Source of the DNA: Mobula hypostoma
Taxonomy: Eukaryota
Direction of reading: 5' to 3'
NCBI RefSeq assembly: GCF_963921235.1
Contig: NC_086097.1
Span: 29,018,001 to 29,082,000 of the forward strand
Length of the DNA stretch: 64,000 bases
The notes beneath the pieces were generated by a model that saw only the letters and a program-made list of their open reading frames with translations, was not told the origin of the DNA and made no database searches. Below are positions 35,616 through 47,619 of this stretch, in pieces. The position numbers and the translations under genes were made by a program. Within the stretch, counting starts at the first letter, position 1; each line of letters begins with the position of its first letter.

Positions 35616-36138
35616 GTATAGCCAGACTGACATGCAGATAGACCAGAAGACATACGGGCAGAATTAGGCCATTCAGCCCATCAGATTTTCTGCCGTTTGT
35701 TCAACACTGATTTATTATCCTCCTCACCCCCATTCTCCTGCCTTCTCCCTGTGACCTTTTGGCGCCCTTACTATTCAAGAAACTATCAACCTCAGCTTTT
35801 GCTTTTAATATACCCAATTACTTGGCCTTCACCTCCATCTGTGGAAATAAATTCCACAGGTTCACCATCCTCTGGCTAAAGAAATTCCTCCTCATCTCTG
35901 TTCGAAAGGGACATTATTGAATTCTAACACTGCACTCTCTTGTCCTAGTCTCCCCCAGGATGGGAAGCATTCTCTCCATGTCCACTCTATCTAGGCCTTT
36001 CAGTATTTGGTAGGTTTCAATGAGATCCTGAAGACATAGGAGCAGAATTAGGCCACTTGGCCCATCGAGAATGCTCTGCCATTCCATTATGGACCCCGTT
36101 CTCCTGCCTTCTCCCCATACCTTTTGAAACCCTTACTA

Positions 36139-39100
36139 GGAAAGAAACTCGGATGGTTGTTTACCTCCCAGGTGCCAGGGTCCGGGATGTTTCAGATTGC
36201 GTCCAAGATATCCTGCAGTGGGAGGGAGAACAGCCAGAGGTTGTGGTACGTATTGGTACCAATGACATAGGTAGGAAGAGGGAAGAGGTCATGAAAGGAG
36301 ACTACAGGGAGTTGAAGGAAGTTGAGAAACAGTACCGCAAAGGTAGTAATCTCGGGATTACTGCCTGTGCCACGTGTCAGTGAGTATAGGAATAGAGTGA
36401 GGTGGAGGATAAATGTGTAGCTGAGGGATTGGAGCAGGGGGCAAGGATTCAGATTTCTGGATCATTGAGACTTCTTTTGGGGCAGGTGTGACCTGTACAA
36501 AAATGACAAGTTGCACTTGAATCCGAGGGGGACCAGTATCCTGGCGGGGAGGTTTGCTAAGACTACTGGAGAGAGTTTAAACTAGATTTGCTGGGGGGTG
36601 GGAACCGAACTGAAGAGACTGGGGAAGAGGAGGTTGGCTCACAAACAGAGAAAGCTTGTAGGTGGTGTGAGAGGGAGGATAGGCAGGTGATAGAGAAGGG
36701 ACGCGCTCAGACCGATGGTTTGAGATGTGTCTATTTTAATGCAAGGAGTGTTGTGAACAAAGCAGATGAGCTTAGAGCGTGAATCAGTACTTGGAGCTAT
36801 GATGTGGTGGCCATTACAGAGACTTGGATGACTCAGGGGTGGGAATGGTTACTTTGAGTGCCAGGTTTTAGATGTTACAGAAAGGACAGGGAGGCAGGCA
36901 AAAGAGGTTGATCGGAGATAGTGTCACGGCTGCAGAAAAGGTGGACGCCATGGAGGGATTGTCTACGGAGTTTCTGAGTGGAGGTTAGGAACAAGAAGGG
37001 GTCAATAACTTTACTGGGTGTTTTTTATAGGCCGCCCAATAGTAACAGGGATATCAAGGAGCAGATAGGGAAACAGATCCTGGAAAGGTGTAATAATAAC
37101 AGTTGTCGTGATGGGAGATTTTAATTTCCCAAATATTGATTGGCATCTCCCTAGAGCAAGGGGTTTAGATGGGGTGGAGTTTGTTAGATGTGTTCAGGAA
37201 GGTTTCTAGACACAATATGTAGATAAGCCTACAAGAGGAGAGGCTGTACTTGATTTGGTGTTGGGAAATGAACCTGGTCAGGTGTCAGATCTCTCAGTGG
37301 GAGAGCATTTTGGAGATAGTGATCATAATTCTATTTCCTTTACAATAGCATTGGAGAGAGATAGGAACAGACAAGTTAGAAAAGTGTTTAATTGGAGTAG
37401 GGGAATTATGAGGCTATCAGGCAGGAAATTGGAGGCTTAAATTGGAAACAGATGTTCTCAGGGAAAAGTATGGAAGAAATGTGGCAAATATTCAGGGGAT
37501 ATTTGTGTGGTGTTCTGCATAGGTACATTCCAGTGAGACAGGGAAGTTATGGTAGGGTACAGGAACCGTGGTGTACAAAGACTGTAATAAATCTAGTCAA
37601 GAAGAAAAGAACTTACAGAAGGTTCAGAGAGCTAGGTAATGTTAGACATCTAGAAAATTATAAGGCTAATAGGAAGGAGCTTAAGGAAATTAGGAGAGCC
37701 AGAAGGGGCCATGAGAAGGCCTTGGCGGGTGGGATTAAGGAAAACCCCAAGGCATTTTACAAGTATGTGAAGAGCAAGAGGATAAGACATGAAAGAATAC
37801 GACCTATCAAGTGTGACAGTGGGAAAGTATGAATGGAACCATAGAAAATAGCAGAGGCACTTAATGAATGCTTTACTTCAGTATTCACTATGGAAAAGGA
37901 TCGTGGTAATTGTAGTGATGACTTGCAGCAGACTGAAAAGCTTGAGCATGTAGATATTAAGAAAGAGGATGTGCTAGAGCTTTTGAAAAGCATCAAGTTG
38001 GATAAGTCACCGGGACCGGATGAGATGTACCCCAGGCTACTGTGGGAGGCAAGGAAGGAGATTGCTGAGCCTCGGGCAATGATCTTTGTATCATCAATGG
38101 GGACGGGAGAGGTTCCGGAGGATTGGAGGGTTGCGGATGTTGTTCTTTTATTCAAGAAAGGGAGTAGAGATAGCCCAGGAAATTATAGACCAGTGAGTCT
38201 TATCTCAGTGGTTGGTAAGTTGTTGGAGAAGATCCTGAGAGGCAGGATTTATGAACATTTGGAGAGGTATAATATGATTAGGAGTTGTCTGCATGGCTTT
38301 GTCAAGGGTGGATCGTGCCTTACAAGCCTGATTGAATTCTTTGAGGATGTGACTAAAGACATTGATGAAGGAAGAGCAGTAGATGTAGTGTACATGGATT
38401 TCATCAAGGCATTTGATAAGGTACTCCATGCAAGGCTTATTGAGAAAGTAAGGAGGCATGGCATCCAAGGGAACATTGCTTTGTGGATCCAGAACTGGCT
38501 TGCCCACAGAAGGCAAAGAGTGGTTGTAGACGGGTCATATTCTGCATGGAGGTCGGTCACCAGTGGAGTGCCTCAGGGATCTGTTCTGGGACCCTTACTC
38601 TTCGTGATTTTTCTAAATGACCTGGATGAAGAAGTGGAGGGATGCGTTAGTAAGTTTGCTGACGACACAAAGGTTGGAGGTGTTGTGAAGAGTGTGGAGG
38701 GCTGGCAGAAGTTACAGCGGGACATTGATAGGATACAAAAGTGGGCTAAGAAGTGGCAGATGGAGTTCAACCCAGATAAGTGTGAAGTGGTTCATTTTAG
38801 TAGGTCAAATAAGATGGCAGAATATAGTATTAATGGCATTGTGGAGGATCAGAAGGATCTTGGGGTCAGAGTCCATAGGACACTCAAAGCAGCTGTGCAG
38901 ATTGACTCTGTGGTTGAGAAGGATGTGGAAGCCATCAAAAAGGTACAGAGGAGATTTACAAGGATGTTGCCTGCATGGAGAGCATGCCCTATGAAAACAG
39001 GTTGAGTGGATTCGGCCTTTTCTCCTTGGAGCGACAGAGGATGAGAGGTGACCTGATAGAGGTGTATAAGATGATGAGAGGCATTGATCGTGTGGCTAGT

Positions 39101-39416
39101 CAGAGGCTTTTTCCCAGGGCTGAAATGGTTGCCACAAGAGGACACAGGTTCAAGGTGCTGGGGAGTAGGTACAGAGGAGACCTCAGGGGTAAGTTTTTTA
39201 CTCGGAGAGTGGTGAATGCGCGAAATGGGCTGCCAGCAATGGTGGCGAAGGTGGATACAATAGGGTCTTTTAAGAGACTTTTAGATAGGTACATGGAGGT
39301 TAGAAAAATAGAGGGCTATAGGTAAGCCTAGTAATTTCTAAGGTAGGGACATGTTCGGCACAACTCCGTGGGCCAAAGGGCCTGTATTGTGCTATAGGTT
39401 TTCTGTGTTTCTATGT
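36139..39416 (+). mobile_element. Near full-length young CR1 LINE (ORF1 esterase remnant plus ORF2 APE-RT), frameshifted, with an internal deletion near 38915
   Basis: LPGARVRDV...IGTNDIG; YFNARS; KSPGPD, GVPQGSVLGP, FADD; (TTCTATGT)-type tail; TTACTA at both ends. Confidence 0.9.
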
Positions 39417-39479
39417 TTACTAATCAAGAACCTATCAACCTCCGATTTATATATACTCAATGACTTGAACTCCACAGCC

Positions 39480-40200
39480 ATCGTACTAATTGGGGTACAA
39501 GATCATCTACCTTATTCTATATACTGCAGGCATTCAAATATAACATCTTCAGTTCTGTATTCATCACCCTTTTTGATTTTGCCCCCATTTTACACTTTAA
39601 TTCATCCCACTGAATGCAAGTTTGCCTGCCTACCCTCACAGTCTCACTACACACTGCATCGACTTGCATACAAACTGTCGCATCCTCAGCCCTATCTCTC
39701 CAGTTCTATCCCCCCACCAACTTAGTTTAAACCCTCCCCAACAGCTCTTATCCTGCCCACAAGGACATTGATTGCCCTCTGGTGTAACCTGTCCTTTTTG
39801 TACGGGTCATACTTTCCCCAGAAGAGATAGCAATGATCCCGAACTCTGACACCTTGGCCCCTGCACTACTTCCTCAGCCACTCATTCAACTATACTATCA
39901 TCTTATTCCTGCCCTGACTAGCACATGGTCCTGAGAGTAGCACAGTGGATTGCTACCGTGGAGGTCCTGCTCTTCAGCCCCCATCCTAATTCCCCATACT
40001 CACTGCTCAGGACCTCTTCCCCTTTTCTACTTCTGCCATTGCAATGTGCACCATGACCTCTAGCTGCTCACCCTCCCCCTTGAGAATCTTCTGCAGCCGC
40101 TCTGAGACATCCTGGACCCTAGCATCTGGGAGGCAATACACCATCCTAGTTTCCCTTTCAAGGCCACAGAATCTTCTGTTTGTCCCCTATTGAATCTTCC
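39480..40200 (-). mobile_element. CR1 5' portion (ORF1 / start of ORF2), decayed
   Basis: Reverse-complement similarity to 36140-36780 and 44240-44580. Confidence 0.6.
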
Positions 40201-40835
40201 ATCATCACGTCACAGGCAAGTCCCGAGAGGCCCTGCTTGCATTTTCAAACTGTGGTGCATGAAGTCTCCGACTCACTCCACGATTTCCCGTTCCATGATC
40301 CCTTCCCTCACCCCCCTTTTCTAAACTCCAGCAAGTACAGGCTCAGTTCTGGCAGCTGCTCTTCCTCAAGCAGCTCAATCCATATCCCATCACCTTGTGT
40401 ATGGCAAAACTTGCCTCTCATGTCTCCATCAAGTGTTTCCCCTCTCACCTTAAAACTTAAGCCTTCTAATTTTAGTCTCTCCTACCCTGTGGATGATGAG
40501 GTGCAAAAATACTGAATATCTACATCCCTCATGATTTTATAAGCTTCTGTAAGGTCACCCCTCAGTCTCCTATGTTCCAGGTTAAAAAATATCAGAGCCT
40601 ATCCAGCATCCTATAACTCGGGCTCTCCGGTCCGGGCAACATCCTTGTGAATCTTTTCTGCACCCCTTCAAGCCTAATCAGATCCTTCCTTTAGCGTGAT
40701 GACCAGAACAGTGCACGTTACTCTGTGTACAGTATGTGTGGGGGGAGTGAGGGTGAGTTAATGCAGAGGCCACTATTTCTTTTACGGTCTTTCATCTTCT
40801 CTGTTGACACTGCTTTGGTTTCTGTCTCCACTCAG

Positions 40836-40905
40836 AACCTCCTGGAGATGGGTCGGAGCGCTACGTCAGTGTGTCTGATCCAGAGGATGAACTCTTCTGT
40901 AAAAG
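40836..40905 (+). CDS. ANGEL1: ANGEL1 exon 8 (EPPGDGSERYVSVSDPEDELFCK-R)
   Basis: Acceptor TTTCTGTCTCCACTCAG; donor AAAG|GTACC; 70 nt supplies the phase 1 to 2 change needed between exons 7 and 9; peptide itself poorly conserved. Confidence 0.75.
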
Positions 40906-42009
40906 GTACCATTACAGGACTGATGTGGAAGGTGTGCGGAGGAGATTTACCAGGATGCCGCCCAGATTAGAGAGCATGTCTTACGAGCATAGGTTGAGCA
41001 AACAAGGGCTTTTCTCCTTGGAGTGAAAGAAGATGACAGGTGACTTAATGGAGGTGCACAAGATGATAGGAAGCATAGATTCCAGGATGGAAATGGTGGA
41101 TATGAGGGGGCCATAACTTTAAGGTGTTTGTAGGAAAGTATCAGGGAGATGTCAGATAGTTTTTTTTTACACAGAGTGCTGAGTGCATAGAACATGTTTC
41201 CAGCGGTGGTGGTAGAGGCAGATACATTAGGGGCACTTAAGTGGCTCTTAGGTAAGCACAAGGATGAAAGAAAAATGGAGAGATATGTGGGAGGGAAGCA
41301 TTAAATTAATCTTGGAGAAAGTTAAAAAGTGAGCACAACACTGTGGGCTGAAGCACCTGAACTCTTCTACAGTCTGATGTTCTACACCAACTGAGGTGAT
41401 GGGATTTGAGCTCCCGACTGTGACAGGATTTCTTGTCCGTGGTAACGATTTACGGTGGTAGCAATGTATAGCTGGAACCTTAACATCTCTTCTTCTGGTT
41501 ATAGATAAACAGGTGAATCTCGCTCTTTGTCTAATATAATTCAGCAGTGCAGTTGGTGACCTCCACTGACCCAGCTTTGATCCTGTCCTCCGGTGCTGTT
41601 TGTCTGGAGTTGGCATGTTCTTCCTGTGTCCGGAGATGCAAGAGATTCAACAGATGCTGGAAATCTTGAGCAACACACACACACACAATGCTGGAAGGAA
41701 CTCTGCAGGTCAGGCAGCATCTATAGAGGAAAATATACAAATAAGCCTGTCCCGACCCAAAACATTGATTGGGTCTTGGCCCAAAACATTGATTGTTTAT
41801 TTCCCTCTATAGATGCTGCCTGACCTGCTGAGTTCCTCCAGCATTTTGTCTGTGCCCTGTGCCCACGTGAGTTTTCTCCAGGTGCCCTGGTTTCCTCCCA
41901 TATCCCGAAGACAGATAGGTTGGTTGGTTGGTTAATTGGCTGCTTATTGGTAGAATCTGCAGGAAGTCAATGGGAATGGCTTCCCATTCCCATTCTGCAG
42001 TAGTGTAGA

Positions 42010-42345
42010 GGGGTGATACAGTGGTACAGCAGTTAGTGTAGCCTTTTACAGTGCCACTGATCGGGAAGATCAGGGTTCAATTCCTGCTGCTGTGTGTAAG
42101 GAGTTTGTAGGTCCTCCCTGTGACGATGTGTGTTTGCTTGGGGTGCTCCAGTTTCCTCCCACATTCCGAAGACGTGGGTTAGGGTCAGTGTAATGTGAGC
42201 AGGGTCTGTTGGCACCAGAAACTTGGCAATACTTGGGGGCTTACCCCTCCCAGCACATCCTCAGACTTTGTTGTTCATTGACTCAAACAACAAATTTCAC
42301 CATGTGCTTCAAAGTGCATGTCACAAATAAAGCTAATCTTTAATC
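42010..42345 (+). mobile_element. tRNA-derived SINE, representative of a high-copy family (similar copies near 5140, 8270, 10555, 11020, 21860, 27610; minus strand near 22640, 30070, 60310, 61745)
   Basis: Box B GGTTCAATTCC, central GGTTTCCTCCCACATTCC-type core, and 3' ACATGTGACAAATAAAGCTAATCTT-type end recur throughout the window. Confidence 0.75.
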
Positions 42346-42528
42346 TTTGGAATATGGGGTGAATAAATTGGGCTAGGATGTAATTGATGTAAAAATAGGT
42401 GTTTGGCACAGACTCGTGTCAAGCGGCCTGTTTCCATGCTGCGTGACTCTATCAGTAATGGTGATTGTGTATCCTAGATGATGGAAACAACCCGTCTCAC
42501 CAACCCTTTGTCTCTCTGTTCCACTCAG

Positions 42529-42692
42529 GTCTCCCACCACCATCCGACACAACCTCAACCTGACCTCGGTCTACACTCATTTTCAGTCTGACACAGGACG
42601 ACCTGAGGTCACGACCTGCTCGTCGGGCTTTGGCCTCACTGTGGATTACATATTCTACTCTGCGCAGCCCGTTGCTGATACAAGTAGAAAAG
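42529..42692 (+). CDS. ANGEL1: ANGEL1 exon 9 (TIRHNLNLTSVYTH...RPEVTT...LTVDYIFYSA)
   Basis: Acceptor TCTGTTCCACTCAG; donor AAAG|GTTGGT; EEP motif VDYIFY. Confidence 0.95.
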
Positions 42693-44235
42693 GTTGGTGG
42701 GTTTTCTATAGACCATGAAGGCGGAGTCGGGAAGGTATAGTGTCCGATGAGTCTTCCATGTTCCAGATGTATTGCAGTGTTGGATGGCATAAGTACAAAG
42801 TTCGAAGTGAATTTTATAATCAAAGTATGTATATGTCACCCAATACTACCTTGTGATTCATTTTCTTGCAGGCAGTCACAGTACAACAAAAAAATGCAAT
42901 AGAATCGATGAAAAACTACACACAGGCAAAGACTGACGAATAACTAATGTGCAAATTACAAAAGAAACCATTAAGACCATAGGACATAGGAGTAGAATTA
43001 GGCCATTCAGCACATCAATTCTGCTCTGTCATTCCATCAGGGCTGATTTATTATCCCTCTCAACCCCATTCTCCAGCATTCTCTATAACCTTACTAATCA
43101 ATAACCTATCAACCTGTTTTTTAGATATACCCAAAGGCTTGGCCTCCACAGCTGTCTATGGCAATGAATTCCACAGATTCATCGCTATCTGGCTAAATAA
43201 ATTCCTCCGCATCTCTGTCCTAAGGGGATGTCCTTCTATTTTGAGGCAATGTCCCCTGGTTCTAGATGCTCCCACTATAAGAAATATCCTCTCCATGTCC
43301 ACTCTATCTAGGTCTTGCAATATTCAATGGTTTCAATGAGAATCTGCCCATCCCCCCCATTCTTCTAAACTCCAGTGAGTACAGGCATAGAGCCATCAAA
43401 CACTCCTCATATGTGGTAATAATAATAAAAAGGTTGGGATGTCATGTTGCAGTTGGACAAGACTTTGGTGAGGTCTTGGTTGGAATTTTGTGTTCAGTTT
43501 CCATGCTCTATGATTTTAATAAATAGTAAAGTGTTAATATTATTCAGTACGAAGCAGCAGAAGGTGCAGGAGGACAATAACTGGAACAAATGGAGGGTGA
43601 AATAATGCACATTTAAGCACCTTTTTGTCCATGTGATGTGTTTTAGAAGAGTACAGCATAGTACACGCCCTTCAGCCCACGATATTTTACCAACCTTTTA
43701 ACCTACTCTAAGATCAATCTAACCCTTCCCTCCCACATAGTGTCCTTTTCTATTTCATCCATGTGCCTGTCCAATGCGTACATAATGTATCTGCCTCCAC
43801 CACCAACCCCAGCATGCTTCATGCTCAGAACGCTTCGTTAAAAAAAAAACTTGCCTCTGACATCCCCCTCTATACTTTCCTCTAATCATCTTAAAATTAT
43901 AACCGTCATGCTAGTCATTTCTGATCTGGGAAAGAGTTTCTGGCTGTCTTCTTGATTTGTGCCTCTTATTGTCTTGTACACCTCTATCAAGTCACTTTTC
44001 ATACTCCAAAGTGAAAAGCCTTAGCTCGCTCAACCTGTTCCCATAAGACGTGCTCTGCAATGCAGGCAGCGTTCTGATAAATCTTCTCTGTGCCCTCTTT
44101 AAAGCTTCCACATCCTTCCTACAGTGAGGCAACCAGAACTGAGCACTGCAGTATACTCTAAGGGTGGTTTAACCAGAGTTTTATAGAGCTGCAACAGTAC
44201 CTCGTGGCTGTTGAACTCAATCCCCTGACTAATAC

Positions 44236-46740
44236 CTGTACAAAAGGGATAGGCTACACCTGAACCCAAGGGGGACCAATATCCTTACAGGCAGGTTTGC
44301 TGGAGCTGTTGAAGTTGGTAGTGTAAACTAATTTGGCAGGGAAATAGGGACCGGAGTGATAGGGCAGAGGATTGATAGGGCTGTTGGTTTACAAGCAGAG
44401 GCAGTGTGTAGTGAGACTTGTCAGGAATGACAAGCAGATAATAGGGCAAAATGCAGTCAGTGGGATGAGTTGCAATGTAATGAGAGAACAAAATCAAAAA
44501 GGGTGACGAATACAGGACTGAAGATGTTATATTTGAATGCACATAGTATACAGAGTAAGATAAATGATCTTGTAGCGTAGTTAGACATTGACATTGTGGG
44601 CATCACTGAGCCGTGGCTGGAAGGAGATTATAGTTGGGAGCTTAACAACCAGGAATACACATTGTTTCAAAAGGACAGGCAGGTAGGAAGAGGGGGTGGG
44701 ATAGCTTTGTTAGCAACAAATGAAATCAAATCCTTAGAAAGAGCTGACATATGATCAGAAGATGTAGAATCATTATGTGTAGAGTTTAGAAACCACAAGG
44801 GTAAAAAGACCCTGATGGGAATTACATACAGGCTTCTGAACTGTGATCAGGATGTGGGCTACAAATTACAGCAGAATTTAGAAAATGCATGTTAAAAGGG
44901 CAATGTTAGGATAGTCATGAGGAATTTCAATATGCAGGTAGATTGAGAAAATTAGATTGGTGCTGATTTTGATTCCCAAGAGAGAGAATTTGTAAAATGC
45001 CTACAAGATGGCTTTTTAGAGCAGCTTGAGGTTGACCCCACTAAGGGATCAGCTTTTCTGGATTGGGTGTTAGATAATGAACCGAATTTCATTTGGGATC
45101 TTAAGGCAAAGGAACCTTTAGGAGACAGTGATCATAATATGATTGAAGTCACCCTTCATTTTGAGAGGGAGAAGCTAAAGTCAAATGTTACGGTGGAGTA
45201 AAGGGAATTACAGAGGCATGAGATAGCATTTGGCCAAAGTTGACACAAGCCGGGATGACAGCTGAGCAGTAATGGCTGGAATTTCTGGGAGCAATCCGGA
45301 AGCTGCAGGTTAGACACATCCCAAAGAAGTAGTATTCTAAAGGTGGGATGATGCAACAATAGCTGACAAGGGAAGTAAAAGCAGAAGAAAGGGCATATAA
45401 CAGCAAAATAAGTGGAAAGTTGGAGGAAGTTAAAAGTTAGGGAAGCTTTTAAAAACCAACAGAAGGCAACTAAAAAGCAATAAAGAGAGAAAAGATGAAA
45501 TATGAAAGTAAGCTAGCCAATAGTATCAAAGAGGATACCAAACAATTTTTCCCAATATATAAAGAGTAAATGAGAGGCAAGAGTAGATATCAGACCTGTG
45601 GAAAATGATGCTGGAGAGGTAGTGATGGGGGACAAGGAAATGACAGATGAACTGAATAAATATTTTGCATCAGTCTTTGGAAGGCAGTAGCAGTATGCTG
45701 GAAGTTCAAGAGTCGGGAGGCAGAAGAAGTGAGTGCAGTTGCTCTTCTTAGGGAGAAGGTGCTTGGGAAACTGAAAGGTCTGAAGGTAAGTTACTTAGAT
45801 CAAATGGATTACATCTCAGGGTCCTGAAAGAGGTAGCTGAAGAGATTCTGGAGACATTAGTAATGATCTTTCAAGAATCAATTGATTCTGGGATGGTTCC
45901 AGAGGACTGGAAAATTGCAAATATCACTCCATTATTTAAGAAGGGAAGGAGGCAGAAGAAATTATAGGCCAGTTAGCCTCTTGTCAGTGGTTGGGAACAT
46001 CTTGGATTCAATTGTTAAGGATGAGGTTTCGGGTTACTTGGAGGGATATGATAAAATAGGTTAAAGTCAGCCTGGTTTTCTTAAGGGAAAGTCCTGCTTA
46101 ACGCATCCGTTGCAATTCTTTGAGGAAATAACAAACGGGATAGAGAAATGAATAGGTGGATATTGTATACCTTGATTTTCAGAAGGCCTTTGACAAGGTA
46201 CCACACATGCAGCTGCTTAGCAAGATAAGAGCCCGTGATATTACAGGAAAGATACTAGCATGCAAAGAGCTTTGGATGATTAGGAAAGAGTGGGAATAAG
46301 ATAGCCTTTTCTGATTGGGCTGCCAGTGACTACTGGTGTTCCACAGGGATTCGTGTTGGGACCACTTCTTTTTACATTGTATGTCAATGATTTTGATGAT
46401 GGAATTGAAGACATTGTGGCCCAGTTTGCAGATGGTACGAGGATAGATGGAGGGACACGTGTTGTTGAGGAAGCGGACAGGCTGCAGTAGGACTTAGACA
46501 GATTCAAAGAACGGGCAAAGAAGTGACAGATGGTATGCAGTGTCGGGAAGTGTATGGTCATGCACTTTGGTAGAAGGTATAAAAGTGTAGGTTATTTTCT
46601 AAACAGAGAAAATTCAAAACTGAGCTGCAAAGGAACTTGGGAGTCCACCTGCATGATTCCCTAAAGGTTAAATTACAAGTTGAATCAGTGGTGAGGAAGG
46701 CGAATGTGATGTTAGCATTCGTTCTGAGAGGACTAGAATA
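44236..46740 (+). mobile_element. Decayed CR1 LINE (ORF2)
   Basis: NYRPVSLLSVVG, GVPQGFVLGP and QFADG fragments with many stops. Confidence 0.8.
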
Positions 46741-47187
46741 TAAGACCATAAGATATAGGAGCAGAATTTGGTCACTTGGCCCAATGAGTCTGTTCCATGG
46801 TTCATTCCCAGCCGTCGCCAGTTCAGGGAAAACTAACCCAGTCTATTCCTGTTTTGTAATTGGTGATATCCAAACGCCCATGTGGAATTAACTCTTCCTA
46901 TTTATCTTGTTACAGGATTCTGCAGCTTCCGCTTGTAAATGGACATGCAGATTGACTGTAAGCCAGAGGGTTAAAATTAGGCCATTTGGCCAACTGGGTC
47001 TCTTCTGCCATTTGACCATTGCTGATTTAATATCTCTCTCAGCCCCAATCTCCTGCTTTCTCCCCAAATCCCTTCATGACTAACCAAGAAACTATCAACC
47101 TCCGCCTTAAATATACCTAAAGACTTGGCCTCCACAGCCTCCTGTGGCAACAAATTTCACAAATTCATCACTCTCTGGCCAAAATTA

Positions 47188-47382
47188 GGTCGGCTGGTGG
47201 CACAGTGAGATCAGCGCTGGGCTCGAGAACAGAGGTTCCCGAGTTCAATCCAGTGACAGACCGCCCCTGTGCGCGTGCTCTATCCGTGCCGGGTTGATTT
47301 TGAGCCTTTCGAACTGCGCCTTGTAAGGCATGAAAATGCCTGATGCTGGCCTCTCAGGTCTGAGTCGATGTTATCATCATCA
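47188..47382 (+). mobile_element. tRNA-derived SINE with (CAT)n tail
   Basis: Box A-like TGGCACAGTGAG, box B-like GAGTTCAATCC (47241-47251), TSD-like TCTGGCYAAA on both sides, CpGs retained. Confidence 0.7.
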
Positions 47383-47619
47383 TCTGGCTAAAGAAATTCC
47401 TCTTCATCTTCATTCTAAAAGGACACTCCTCTATTCTGAAGCTGTGTCCTCTGATCCTAGACTCTCCACCATAGTAACCATCCTCTCCACAGCCACTCTC
47501 TGCCTGGCCTGCTGCGTTCACCAGCAACTTTGATGTGTGTTGCCTTTCAACATTCGATAGGTTTCAATTTGGTCACCCCACATTCTTCTGAATTCTAATG
47601 AATACAGGCCCTGAGCCTT

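Noticed and set aside
47188..47260. tRNA gene
   Set aside because: A/B boxes are present, but it continues into a SINE body with a (CAT)n tail and target duplication; I could not fold a convincing cloverleaf.
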